This document shows, piece by piece, positions 49,712 to 59,007 of a DNA stretch of 59,007 bases. The position numbers and the translations under genes were made by a program. The notes below the pieces were generated by a model. That model searched no databases and was not told where the DNA came from. It saw only the letters and a list, made by a program, of their open reading frames with translations. The DNA is from a bacterium (GTDB lineage: Bacteria > Bacillota_I > Bacilli_A > RF39 > UBA660), in contig JAUNMG010000006.1 in assembly GCA_030531905.1 (NCBI GenBank), positions 1 through 59,007 of the forward strand, read 5' to 3'. Positions within the stretch are counted from its first letter, which is position 1, and each line of letters begins with the position of its first letter.

Positions 49712-50866
49712 ATGATTGAAGAATTAATAAACTTAAAAAATAAATTGATAGAAAGAAAAAAAGAACAAGTACAATTAAATGATATGACAACTGTTGATTT
49801 GAATACTAAAGTAGATGACTTTATTGATTGGCATTTTAAAACTATGATTAAGGGACATTATATTGATATTGTAGAATTTTCTAAGCAAAATGATATGAGA
49901 AACTTTATCGAAAAAATGGCTGTTTGGTATGAGCTAAGATATCCTGAGTATGAAATTAATAGATTAATGCCAGGTACTGGTGAAGAACCAACAGAAATAA
50001 ATGATGTGATGTTTAATAGTAATAAATACATAAATTATTTATTTGATGAAGATGCGGATATCAGAGCATTAGATTGGAGTGATTTTTATAATCCAAAAGT
50101 TTTTATTAATTCGTTACCTTCTAATGAAAGAAATCTTCTTCAAAAAGTAAAATATCAATCTAAAGTATATTTTGATATACCTAATAGCAGTGCTTGTTTT
50201 CATCTAACAGCTAATGGCTTTGTTGAAGAGGCTAAAAAGGTTGAAAATTTCACAAAAAATAAGATTATGGATACTGAGTTGGAAGGCATGCATATTAAAG
50301 ATGTCGTAAATCTTTTTAAGGAAAAAGGTATTGAATTACCAAAAGATAATAAATTAGAAAGAGTAATTAGATGTTTTGAAAATGGAAACTATCAAAAAGA
50401 GGAAATGCTTAACTGTGTTATGTATAGAATAATTGAACGTGGAGGAGTAAGAATTGGTCCTAGAAGAGCCTTTCTATTTGCAAAAGAATTTGGAAGAAAT
50501 ATTGATATTCCTATGATGTATGTGATTGATTATACTGATCCTGGGTTAAGAAATTTTATAAATGACTATATTAAAGCTGGTGGCTCAAAAGATTTAGTTT
50601 GTTATAGGGGATACTTTTCAAGAAAAAGTAAAAATGAAAAATTAGATACCATATCTATTCAAGATTTACTGTTAACTGTTAGTAATAATGCTTTAACATT
50701 TTATACACCAGAAGAAAAAGGTTTGCATCAAAGATTAGTTAATGCATTATTTAATGGAATAAATCTAGAAGAATTAAAGCAAAAAGAAGCAGAAAAAAAT
50801 AAAGAAACTGTAAAGGAATTAAGAATAGAAAGAAAACTAGAAAAAAGTAGAAAAGCTAAAAATTAA
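49712..50866 (+). CDS. Hypothetical cytoplasmic protein
   Basis: 384-aa ORF with RBS AGGAGG and its own terminator; no family recognised. Confidence 0.7.
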   Translation: MIEELINLKNKLIERKKEQVQLNDMTTVDLNTKVDDFIDWHFKTMIKGHYIDIVEFSKQNDMRNFIEKMAVWYELRYPEYEINRLMPGTGEEPTEINDVMFNSNKYINYLFDEDADIRALDWSDFYNPKVFINSLPSNERNLLQKVKYQSKVYFDIPNSSACFHLTANGFVEEAKKVENFTKNKIMDTELEGMHIKDVVNLFKEKGIELPKDNKLERVIRCFENGNYQKEEMLNCVMYRIIERGGVRIGPRRAFLFAKEFGRNIDIPMMYVIDYTDPGLRNFINDYIKAGGSKDLVCYRGYFSRKSKNEKLDTISIQDLLLTVSNNALTFYTPEEKGLHQRLVNALFNGINLEELKQKEAEKNKETVKELRIERKLEKSRKAKN

Positions 50867-50892
50867 TAATCTGAAACAAGAAATGTAATTAG

Positions 50893-50924
50893 GAAGTAAA
50901 CTAGTATAATAGTTTACTTTTTTT
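50893..50924 (+). terminator. Intrinsic terminator
   Basis: AAGTAAACTA-GTATAA-TAGTTTACTT followed by a T run. Confidence 0.65.
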
Positions 50925-51042
50925 CTCATTAATAATTAATATAAGTATTTATAAATCATTTAGTATAGTTTCTTTACTAAAATCATTTTTTTTCTAAAAT
51001 ATATATGATATAATCATTTACGTAGAAGAAAGGAATGATTAT

Positions 51043-52659
51043 ATGAAAACAATGATCTTTGGTCATAAGAAACCAGATTCAGATTCAGTTATGTCAGCTA
51101 TTGGGCTATCATATTTAGAAAATGAATGTGGTAATAATACAGAACCTAGAGTATTAGGTAATATTAATAAAGAAACAAAGTATGCAATTGATTACTTCAA
51201 TCTAGAAGAACCAGCATACCTAAATGATGTTAAATTACAATTAAAGGATGTTAATTATCATAAAGGTTTCTTTATGAAGGAAAATGATTCTATTTATGAA
51301 GGTTATCAATATATGTTAAATGAAAATTTAACTGGATTACCTATTGTAAAAGAAGATGATATTTTCTCAGGACTTATTACAATGAAAGATTTATCTCGTA
51401 ATATGTTAAATGATGATACAGAAAAGTTGGAAACATCTTATCAAAATGTTTTAGATGTTTTAGGTGGAGTTGAAATATTAAAATTCGATGAAGAAATAAA
51501 GGGTAATATTTTAGCTGCAGCATTTGATAGTGCAACTTTCTTGAAAAATATCAAATTAAGTGAAAATGAAATTTTAATAGTAGGTAATAGACAAGATATT
51601 ATTGAATATGCTATTTCAAGTAAAATTAAATTATTAGTTGTTACTGGTGGAGGTGCAATTAATGAAGATTTATTAGAAAAAGCTAAAACTAATAAAGTTA
51701 ATGTTGTTGGAACAGATTTAGATACATATCATGTAGCAAGATTAATATCTTTAGCTAACTATATTAAAACTATGGTAAGTAGTTATAATCCTACTAAATT
51801 CTTAGATACAGATTATGTTGATGAAATTATGGATATTAATAATAAGTTAAAACATACTAACTATCCAGTAGTAGATAAAAATAATAAATGTTTAGGTTTA
51901 TTTAGAATTACAGATTTATCTGAAAAAAATCCAAAACAAGTTATTTTAGTTGATCACAATGAAAAGAAACAAACTGCTGATGGTATTGATGAAGCAGTTA
52001 TTAAAGAAATTATTGATCACCATAATTTAGGTAGTATTACAACATCAGCTCCAGTTAACTTTAGAAATATGGCAGTTGGTTCTACTTGTACAATTGTTTA
52101 TACTATGTTTATGGAACGTGAAATAAAAATTCCTAAGAATATAGCAGGAGCTCTACTTTCAGGAGTTTTATCAGATACTTTAATCTTAAAGAGTCCAACA
52201 ACTACTGAACGTGATAAGGAAGCAGTTAAAGATTTAGCACGTATAGCAGAAGTTAACTATGAAGAATATGGTATGGAAATGTTAAAAGCTGGTACTGCAC
52301 TTGATGGTATGAGTAAAGAAGATGTACTATATAATGATTTTAAATTATATACTGTAGGAGAAGATACATTTGGAGTTGGACAATTCTTTACTATGAATTT
52401 TGATGAAATTGAAAAAGAAATGGATGAATACGTTAAAGTATTAGATTCTATTGCTGAGGCTAATAACTATAGTTTCTTAGCTTTATATGTAACAGATATA
52501 ATTAAGAATGGTTCTTATGTTTTATATAATACAAAAGCTCAAGATAAAGTAGAAATCATGTATGCTAATCTAGATGTAGTTGAAGGATTCTTTGTAGATA
52601 AATGTGTATCTCGTAAGAAAAATGTTATTCCACTAGTTATGGAATTATTTGAAAACTAA
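51043..52659 (+). CDS. ppaC: Mn-dependent inorganic pyrophosphatase with CBS-DRTGG insert
   Basis: FGHKKPDSDS, LVDHNE, IIDHH, SDTLILKSPTTT, SRKK; central CBS/DRTGG region. Confidence 0.92.
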   Translation: MKTMIFGHKKPDSDSVMSAIGLSYLENECGNNTEPRVLGNINKETKYAIDYFNLEEPAYLNDVKLQLKDVNYHKGFFMKENDSIYEGYQYMLNENLTGLPIVKEDDIFSGLITMKDLSRNMLNDDTEKLETSYQNVLDVLGGVEILKFDEEIKGNILAAAFDSATFLKNIKLSENEILIVGNRQDIIEYAISSKIKLLVVTGGGAINEDLLEKAKTNKVNVVGTDLDTYHVARLISLANYIKTMVSSYNPTKFLDTDYVDEIMDINNKLKHTNYPVVDKNNKCLGLFRITDLSEKNPKQVILVDHNEKKQTADGIDEAVIKEIIDHHNLGSITTSAPVNFRNMAVGSTCTIVYTMFMEREIKIPKNIAGALLSGVLSDTLILKSPTTTERDKEAVKDLARIAEVNYEEYGMEMLKAGTALDGMSKEDVLYNDFKLYTVGEDTFGVGQFFTMNFDEIEKEMDEYVKVLDSIAEANNYSFLALYVTDIIKNGSYVLYNTKAQDKVEIMYANLDVVEGFFVDKCVSRKKNVIPLVMELFEN

Positions 52660-52673
52660 TTAAAGGAGAATTT

Positions 52674-53537
52674 ATGAAAGATAATTTAGTATTAGTTGTT
52701 AAGGGGTTCATTATGGGTATTGCTAATATTATTCCAGGAGTTTCAGGTGGGACACTTGCCTTAATATTAGGAATTTATGAAGATTTTATAGGGGCAATAA
52801 GTCATTTCTTTTCTAACTTTAAGAAAAATATTTGTTTTTTAGCTCCTATTGCTATTGGTATTTTACTTGCGATAGCATCACTTAGTAGAGTAATTGACTA
52901 CTCATACAAACATTATCCAATTCCTACTAGTTTATTCTTTGTAGGATTAGTAATTGGTGGAATTCCAATGCTTTATAGTAAGGTAAAAGGTAAAAAAGAA
53001 GTAAAGCAAGCATCTAGTTATTTAATCTTTCTTTTAACATTTGCTTTAGTAATCTTTATGGCTTGTTCTAGCCTTATCTTTGGTGAAGGCTTAAAGGTTA
53101 GTCTAAGTAATATGGGATTTGTTAATTATTTATTGTTATTCTTAGTAGGTGTTATTGCAGCAGCTACTATGGTTATACCAGGAGTAAGTGGTTCACTTGT
53201 ATTAATGTTACTTGGATATTATTATCCAGTAATTGCTGTTATCAAAGAATTTACATCTTTAAAAAATATAGGTAGTAACATCCTTATCTTAGGAGTATTT
53301 GGTATAGGGGTATTATTAGGAATTGTTTTAATATCTAAATTAATTGAATTCTTATTTAATAAATATGAGACAAAAACTTATTTTGGAGTATTAGGATTTA
53401 TTATAGCATCAATTATTGCTATTCCTATATCTACAATGCTTAATATTAAAGTTAGTTTTGATATAATCCAAATCTTAATAGGAATTATTTTCTTAGTATT
53501 TGGTTATACAATAAGTTATAAATTAGGAGAAAAGTAA
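52674..53537 (+). CDS. DUF368 family membrane protein (putative undecaprenyl-phosphate translocase)
   Basis: GFIMGIANIIPGVSGGTLALILGIYE and the internal repeat MVIPGVSGSLVLMLLGYY. Confidence 0.9.
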   Translation: MKDNLVLVVKGFIMGIANIIPGVSGGTLALILGIYEDFIGAISHFFSNFKKNICFLAPIAIGILLAIASLSRVIDYSYKHYPIPTSLFFVGLVIGGIPMLYSKVKGKKEVKQASSYLIFLLTFALVIFMACSSLIFGEGLKVSLSNMGFVNYLLLFLVGVIAAATMVIPGVSGSLVLMLLGYYYPVIAVIKEFTSLKNIGSNILILGVFGIGVLLGIVLISKLIEFLFNKYETKTYFGVLGFIIASIIAIPISTMLNIKVSFDIIQILIGIIFLVFGYTISYKLGEK

Positions 53538-53538
53538 A

Positions 53539-54375
53539 ATGAAAGAGTTGATTGAATATATTTTACTAGGTATTATGCAAGGAATTACAGAACCAATTCC
53601 TGTATCTAGTAGTGGACATGTCTTAATACTTCAAACTATTCTTTCTAAAATAAATAGTGGTATCGATATAGACTTTGGAACTTTAGCAACTATTACTAAC
53701 TTTGGAAGTTTAATTGCAATCATAATTATATTTTGGTCTGATATAGTTAATCTTATAAAATCATTCTTTAGTTTTATTTTTAACAAAGAAAGTAGAAAAG
53801 ATAAAGAAGTAGGTTTAGACTTTAAGTATTGTTTAAAAATAATAATTGCAACAATTCCAGCAGGAGTAGCAGGACTTATTGCAACAAAGTTAGGACTTTT
53901 AGATGCACTAGAAGAAAATGTTAAATTTGTAGGAATAATGCTTCTTCTAACTGCTGTGTTCTTATTCTTGATTAAAGATTTCAAAGGAAAAAAGAATCGT
54001 GATGATATCAGCTTTAAAGATTCTATAATCATCGGACTTTGTCAAATGATAAGTATTATTCCTGGACTTAGTAGAAGTGGGGCAACTATTGTAGGTGGAA
54101 TGTTTAGAAACTTAAAAAGAGATGTAGCTTTTAATTTCTCATTTATCTTATATATTCCAATATCAATTGCAACATCAATTCTAGGTATTAAAGATTTACT
54201 TGAATTATCAATTTCTAGTAGCACTTATATCTTATATATAATTGCAGCTATTTTAGCAGGAATATTTACATATATCTTTACTAAATGGTTTGCTAAAATT
54301 GTTAAAGAAGGAAAACTTATTTATTTTTCAATTTACTGTTTAGTTTTAGGACTTGTTGTAATCTTATTTTTATAA
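53539..54375 (+). CDS. uppP: Undecaprenyl-diphosphatase UppP/BacA
   Basis: QGITEPIPVSSSGH and PGLSRSGATI motifs. Confidence 0.93.
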   Translation: MKELIEYILLGIMQGITEPIPVSSSGHVLILQTILSKINSGIDIDFGTLATITNFGSLIAIIIIFWSDIVNLIKSFFSFIFNKESRKDKEVGLDFKYCLKIIIATIPAGVAGLIATKLGLLDALEENVKFVGIMLLLTAVFLFLIKDFKGKKNRDDISFKDSIIIGLCQMISIIPGLSRSGATIVGGMFRNLKRDVAFNFSFILYIPISIATSILGIKDLLELSISSSTYILYIIAAILAGIFTYIFTKWFAKIVKEGKLIYFSIYCLVLGLVVILFL

Positions 54376-54377
54376 TT

Positions 54378-54407
54378 AAAGGCACTATCTTATGAAGTGC
54401 TTTTTTT
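54378..54407 (+). terminator. Intrinsic terminator
   Basis: AAAGGCACT-ATCTTATGA-AGTGCTTT followed by TTTT. Confidence 0.6.
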
Positions 54408-54461
54408 GACAAATTATCTTAAAAATGATATATTTCTTAATAGTTACTTAGATAAGAGTAG

Positions 54462-55214
54462 GTGAAATTCATGTTATATAATATATGCTATTTATTTTTA
54501 ATGTTTTTAGTGTATTCGGTGATTGGTTATTTAGCAGAAGTTTGCTTTTGTTCCTATCACTCTAAAAAGTTAGTTTTGAATAGGGGGTTTTTAATAGGAC
54601 CATGTCTTCCTATATATGGAACAAGTGTTGTTTTAATGTATATATTTTTATATAAATATAAAAATGATGTGATGGCATTATTTATAATGAGTTGTTTTAT
54701 ATGTTCTGTTATGGAGTATTTTACAAGTCTTATTATGGAAAAAATCTTTAAAGTGCGTTGGTGGGACTACTCTAAACAAAAATTTAATGTTGATGGAAGA
54801 ATTTGTCTTTTAAATTCACTATTATTTGGTCTTGGTGGAGTAGCAATATTCTATTTATTAAATCCTTTAATTTTACCAGTTTTTGATATGATGAGTAAAA
54901 AAACATTAATAATTGTAACAATAGTCTTAATGGCAATTTTTCTAGCTGACTTTATTACATCAATAGTAGTTTTAATTCAATTAAAAGTTTCATCTAGAAA
55001 TTTTGCTAAAAAAGATGTTTCAGAAGAAGTAATTAAACTTCGTAATGAAACCTTAAGAAAACAATCATTCTTACTTAAGAGATTACTTAATGCTTTCCCT
55101 AAAATCGAAGGACATGACAAGGAAAGAGTTATTGGATTAAAGAATAAAGTTAATGAAATTAGAGAATTAATGAAAGAGGCAAGAAAAGAAAGAAAATATA
55201 AAAAAACAAATTAA
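54462..55214 (+). CDS. Putative ABC transporter permease (CmpB/PF06541-like)
   Basis: YS.IGY..EV, NRGFL.GP.LPIYG, EYFTS..ME.IF..RWWDYS..FN.DGRICL. Confidence 0.8.
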   Translation: MKFMLYNICYLFLMFLVYSVIGYLAEVCFCSYHSKKLVLNRGFLIGPCLPIYGTSVVLMYIFLYKYKNDVMALFIMSCFICSVMEYFTSLIMEKIFKVRWWDYSKQKFNVDGRICLLNSLLFGLGGVAIFYLLNPLILPVFDMMSKKTLIIVTIVLMAIFLADFITSIVVLIQLKVSSRNFAKKDVSEEVIKLRNETLRKQSFLLKRLLNAFPKIEGHDKERVIGLKNKVNEIRELMKEARKERKYKKTN

Positions 55215-55241
55215 AAGTATGATTAATAGTCATACTTTTAA
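55214..55241. terminator. Bidirectional terminator
   Basis: AAAAGTATGA-TTAATAG-TCATACTTTT between convergent genes. Confidence 0.65.
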
Positions 55242-55886
55242 TTTGCCACTGACTAGTTGAAAAGCAACATCAACATGTTCTTTGACAGCTTTCGAATGAG
55301 AAATTATAATTACACATTTATTTTCTTTATGAGCAATTTCAACCAATAGATTAATGATTTCTTCTTCCATTTCAGGATCTAAGTTACCAGTTGGTTCATC
55401 AGCAAGAATTATTTCTGATTCATAGGACAGGGCTCTAGCAATCGCAACACGTTGTTGTTCACCACCAGATAATTGTAAAACAGGACGATTAATTAAATCT
55501 TCTGCTAGCCCAACTTTTAATAATAATTCTTGAGCTTTTTTATATCGATCTTTTCCTTTAATATTACTAATATCCATTGATAAAATAACATTTTCAATAG
55601 CACTAAATTGAGGAAGAAGATTATAACTTTGAAAAACAATTCCAATTTCATTACATCTATATTTATCAAGATTCATCTTAAATAAATCATTATCTTTATA
55701 ATAAATATGTCCGTACTTAGAAGTTTCTAAACCAGCCATTAGAGAAAGTAGAGTACTTTTACCAGCTCCACTTCTTCCAAAGATACCATATACTTTTCCT
55801 TTATCAAATTCCATATTAATATCTTTTAAAACAAATTTTTCTTTATCATATGTAAAACTTAAATTATCTATTTTTAATATACTCAT
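55230..55886 (-). CDS. ABC transporter ATP-binding protein (LolD/MacB type)
   Basis: GRSGAGKST, VFQSYNL, LSGGEQQRVAIARA, LADEPTGNLD. Confidence 0.95.
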   Translation of the reverse strand: MSILKIDNLSFTYDKEKFVLKDINMEFDKGKVYGIFGRSGAGKSTLLSLMAGLETSKYGHIYYKDNDLFKMNLDKYRCNEIGIVFQSYNLLPQFSAIENVILSMDISNIKGKDRYKKAQELLLKVGLAEDLINRPVLQLSGGEQQRVAIARALSYESEIILADEPTGNLDPEMEEEIINLLVEIAHKENKCVIIISHSKAVKEHVDVAFQLVSGKLKV

Positions 55887-55895
55887 TGTAACCTC

Positions 55896-57383
55896 CTATA
55901 ATCTATTTTGTAGTATTTTATTTGGACTATATTTATTTATAATTAAAGATACTGTAATAACACTAGTAGCAGTTAATAAGATACATACACCAAATAATTC
56001 TATAATAGTTAAGATATCAATATGAACCTTCAAACTATCTACATAATCTATATTTCTATTAACTTTAGGTTTATCTTTTTTAATACTATTATCCTTCATA
56101 CTTTCACTAGGTCTTTGGAAATTATTATCTTTAAAATTATTAGTAGTATTTTCAACTTCCTCTTTATAAGAGTTTATTTCATTTTTAAGCATGTAGTTAG
56201 TAAAAGGTTGACTAGAAATTATTCCAACTGCAGTACCAATAATTAGTGATGCGAAAGCTACAAAGAAAGTTTCTAATACTAATTGAAGTGTAACTTTAAA
56301 TTTACTCATTCCAATAGCACGTAAGACACCAATTTCATATTTTCTATCTCTTATATTTAAGAAATTAATAATAGTTAAAACTACGATACCAATAATTATG
56401 ATAACTATTAAGAAATTAATTGAGAATGTTGAAATATTTTGAATAGGTTTTAATGTTTCTAAAATTTCATTTTCATTGGTATTAACTTCATAATAACTAC
56501 TTAATCCTTTTTTTCTAACTTCTTTTTCAAACTTTTTTAAATCACTATTTTTATTTAGATAGAATTTAGCAGTTAAACCATTATTTCTTATAAGCTTATT
56601 TTCATCATTACTACTATTATCATCTAAGACTTTTTGAACACTATTTAGATTAGCATATATTTGGTTAGCGCTATTTAAAACATTCATATCCATAAAATTA
56701 GATGTAGAAGAACTAGCTTCATTTTCATAAATTCCTACAATTTTAAAAGTATAACTTTTTTCATCATCACTTGGATTTGTAAAAGTGATTTCTTGATTAA
56801 GTTCTAAATTATTTTCATCTTTTAAGTCTTTAGAAATAACTATTTCATTACTATCACTATCACCAGTAATCATTTTACCTTCAATGATTTTTTTATTACC
56901 TGTTGTAAAATCATCTAAGTAAGCAAAGTTAGAATAAGCTGTTAATCTAAAATTACCCATATTTGAATTATCAAATTTTTTATGATTATCATCTTTTATT
57001 TCGTTGTTATTATAATTATCCGTATTTGGTTTTTTATTATCTTCAATAGCTGTAACATCATTACTATTTATGCTTGTCTCTAAGGTGTAGTAATAATCCT
57101 TTACAAGATTACTATCACCATAAGATTTGATATTATCAACTGTTAGTGACTTAAAATTTTCTTTTTCACTATCAGTTGTGCCTCTTAAATTTGCCATATC
57201 TAGATTGAAACTAACTTCTAATGGATTCTTAGTTTTATAACTATTAACTAAGTTAGAAGCAGCTTTATTTATCGCAAGTGAAATACAAGTACATGTTGTT
57301 ACTACAGTAATAATAATTCCAATCAAAATATTTTTTCCTTTACTTCTTGTAATATTTTTAAAAGCATTTTTAAATAAGTACAT
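55896..57383 (-). CDS. ABC transporter permease (FtsX/MacB type)
   Basis: N-terminal TM, large extracellular domain, RKYEIGVLRAIGM, 3 C-terminal TMs; ATG 57383 follows GAAAGGAG. Confidence 0.9.
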   Translation of the reverse strand: MYLFKNAFKNITRSKGKNILIGIIITVVTTCTCISLAINKAASNLVNSYKTKNPLEVSFNLDMANLRGTTDSEKENFKSLTVDNIKSYGDSNLVKDYYYTLETSINSNDVTAIEDNKKPNTDNYNNNEIKDDNHKKFDNSNMGNFRLTAYSNFAYLDDFTTGNKKIIEGKMITGDSDSNEIVISKDLKDENNLELNQEITFTNPSDDEKSYTFKIVGIYENEASSSTSNFMDMNVLNSANQIYANLNSVQKVLDDNSSNDENKLIRNNGLTAKFYLNKNSDLKKFEKEVRKKGLSSYYEVNTNENEILETLKPIQNISTFSINFLIVIIIIGIVVLTIINFLNIRDRKYEIGVLRAIGMSKFKVTLQLVLETFFVAFASLIIGTAVGIISSQPFTNYMLKNEINSYKEEVENTTNNFKDNNFQRPSESMKDNSIKKDKPKVNRNIDYVDSLKVHIDILTIIELFGVCILLTATSVITVSLIINKYSPNKILQNRL

Positions 57384-57522
57384 TTTATATATCTCCTTTC
57401 TGTACATAATAAGTTTATTTATTTTTTGTGAAGATAGAGTGACGTTAAGTTGTAAATTTAGTGAAATTAATTGAAATCAAATTTAAAATAAAGTATACTT
57501 TAATTATAATGGAGGAGAGAAA

Positions 57523-58896
57523 ATGAAGATAAAGGAAAACATAAATAAAAATATATTTAGAGGGTATGATATTAGAGGAATTTATCCTACTGAACTTGAT
57601 GTTGATACAGCCTATACTGTTGGGCTTGGGTTTGGTAGTTATATAAAAAGTATTGGCAAGACTACTTGTGTAGTTGGACATGATAATAGATTATCAAGTA
57701 ATGATTTATATACTGCTTTAATGAAAGGTATTACTGAGACTGGTATTGATATTATTAGTTTGGGTTTATGTACAACACCAATGTATTATTATGCTTGTTT
57801 AAAACTTAAAGTATATAGTGGAGTAATGGTTACGGCTAGTCATAATCCTAAAGATGATAATGGCTTTAAGTTTGCTTTTGATGAAAGTGGTAATTGTAAA
57901 GGACAAGAAATTCAAGACTTTTTAGCTTACATCTTAAAGAAAGAATTTTCTAGTGGAGAAGGAACTATCAAAGATTATGATATAACTGATGAGTATTTAA
58001 CTTTATTTAGAGAAAATCTACATTTTGGTTCTAGACGTGTTAAAGTAGTTTTGGATCCAGGAAATGGAACTACTAGTATTATAATGAAAAAGTTATACAG
58101 TATGTTTCCTATAGATATTGTTTGTATAAATGATGTAAGTGATGGATCTTTTCCAAATCATCATCCAGATCCTTGTGTTGAAGAAAACCTTGAGCAATTA
58201 AAGAAAAAGGTATTAGAAGAAAACGCCGATATTGGACTTTCTTTTGATGGCGATGGTGATAGAATGGGAATGGTTTCAAATACTGCTAAGTTTATTCCAA
58301 CTGATAAGTATATGATTATAGTAGTTAGAGATATTATTAATAAAGTTTCTAAAAAAGAATTCTTATGTGATGTAAAGTGCTCTAAATCATTTAGTGATGA
58401 AGTAGAAAAATTAGGTGGAAAATGTATTACTTATCGTACAGGAAACTCTTATACTAAAGCTGCTGTAAGAGATAATGATTTACCATTTGGTGGAGAGTTA
58501 TCAGGACATGTTTATTTTAGAGATAGATGGTTAGGTTTTGATAGTGGTTTGTATGCGGGACTTAGAATGTTAGAAATTTTATCTCATACTGATAAAAATG
58601 TTGAAGAACTACTTTCAGGTATTAATGAATATTATTCAACTGAGGAATTGAAGTTTGCATCAAATGATGATGTTAAGTTTGAAATTGTTTCTAAAGTAGG
58701 TGAATATGCTAAAGAAAAAGGATATAAATTCTTAGATATAGATGGAATCAAAGTTTTATTTGATGATGGATGGGCTCTTGTGAGAGCAAGTAATACTGGT
58801 CCTAATTTAACTGCCAGATTTGAAGCTAGTAGTGAAGAAAGACTAGAAAGTATACAAAAAGAATTTACTGATTTAATCAATGAACTAAATAAGTAA
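57523..58896 (+). CDS. Phosphomannomutase/phosphoglucomutase
   Basis: IFRGYDIRG, VTASHNP phosphoserine loop, FDGDGDR, GELSGH, RASNTGP. Confidence 0.93.
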   Translation: MKIKENINKNIFRGYDIRGIYPTELDVDTAYTVGLGFGSYIKSIGKTTCVVGHDNRLSSNDLYTALMKGITETGIDIISLGLCTTPMYYYACLKLKVYSGVMVTASHNPKDDNGFKFAFDESGNCKGQEIQDFLAYILKKEFSSGEGTIKDYDITDEYLTLFRENLHFGSRRVKVVLDPGNGTTSIIMKKLYSMFPIDIVCINDVSDGSFPNHHPDPCVEENLEQLKKKVLEENADIGLSFDGDGDRMGMVSNTAKFIPTDKYMIIVVRDIINKVSKKEFLCDVKCSKSFSDEVEKLGGKCITYRTGNSYTKAAVRDNDLPFGGELSGHVYFRDRWLGFDSGLYAGLRMLEILSHTDKNVEELLSGINEYYSTEELKFASNDDVKFEIVSKVGEYAKEKGYKFLDIDGIKVLFDDGWALVRASNTGPNLTARFEASSEERLESIQKEFTDLINELNK

Positions 58897-58937
58897 AAAA
58901 TTAAGGAAAAAATCCAATTAAAAGACAATAATATTAT

Positions 58938-58968
58938 AGAAGGAAAAATGCTTTCCTTCTATTTTTTG
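58938..58968 (+). terminator. Intrinsic terminator
   Basis: TAGAAGGAAA-AATGC-TTTCCTTCTA followed by TTTTTT. Confidence 0.7.
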
Positions 58969-58996
58969 TTTTGGATAAAGGAAAGGATGTGATAAA

Positions 58997-59007
58997 ATGT
59001 CTGAAAC
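58997..59007 (+). CDS. 5' end of a CDS truncated by the window edge
   Basis: GAAAGGATGTG RBS region then ATG TCT GAA. Confidence 0.4.

Overview
Very AT-rich chromosomal window from a low-GC Bacillota. It uses genetic code 11 and carries cell-wall, division and sporulation-type genes. The gene style suggests an uncultured gut Bacilli lineage such as RF39, which is an inference only. Most of the window is housekeeping DNA in Bacillus-like order: yqfC-yqfD-ybeY-dgkA-cdd-era-yqzL-recO-GlyRS; infC-rpmI-rplT joined to rpsB-tsf-frr; pheST; murG-murB-divIB-ftsA-ftsZ-ftsK; ylbD-ylbE-ylbF-rsmD; hrcA-grpE-dnaK-pepF-dnaJ; rnhC/cvpA; addA; ppaC-DUF368-uppP; an ABC pair; and a phosphohexomutase. I saw no rRNA, tRNA, CRISPR array, transposase or integrase. 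Main signals: (1) two identical 328-bp copies (44527-44854 and 44873-45200) of an unannotated module with the hallmarks of a type I toxin-antitoxin locus, namely a 27-aa hydrophobic peptide on a fold-back mRNA and a convergent antisense RNA. (2) Ribosomal proteins L20 and S2, encoded by adjacent genes, both carry a closely related Rho-N-like helical domain on a long Lys/Glu tether. (3) Two T-box leaders lack the canonical terminator and could instead sequester the Shine-Dalgarno; the Gly leader has a miniature Stem I. (4) An orphan R-S-E ADP-ribosyltransferase-like gene and an orphan JAB/MPN-like gene sit among housekeeping genes. The supplied ORF track labels 42785..43690 as +, but it reads on the - strand. 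All family calls come from motif recognition by eye, not from database searches.
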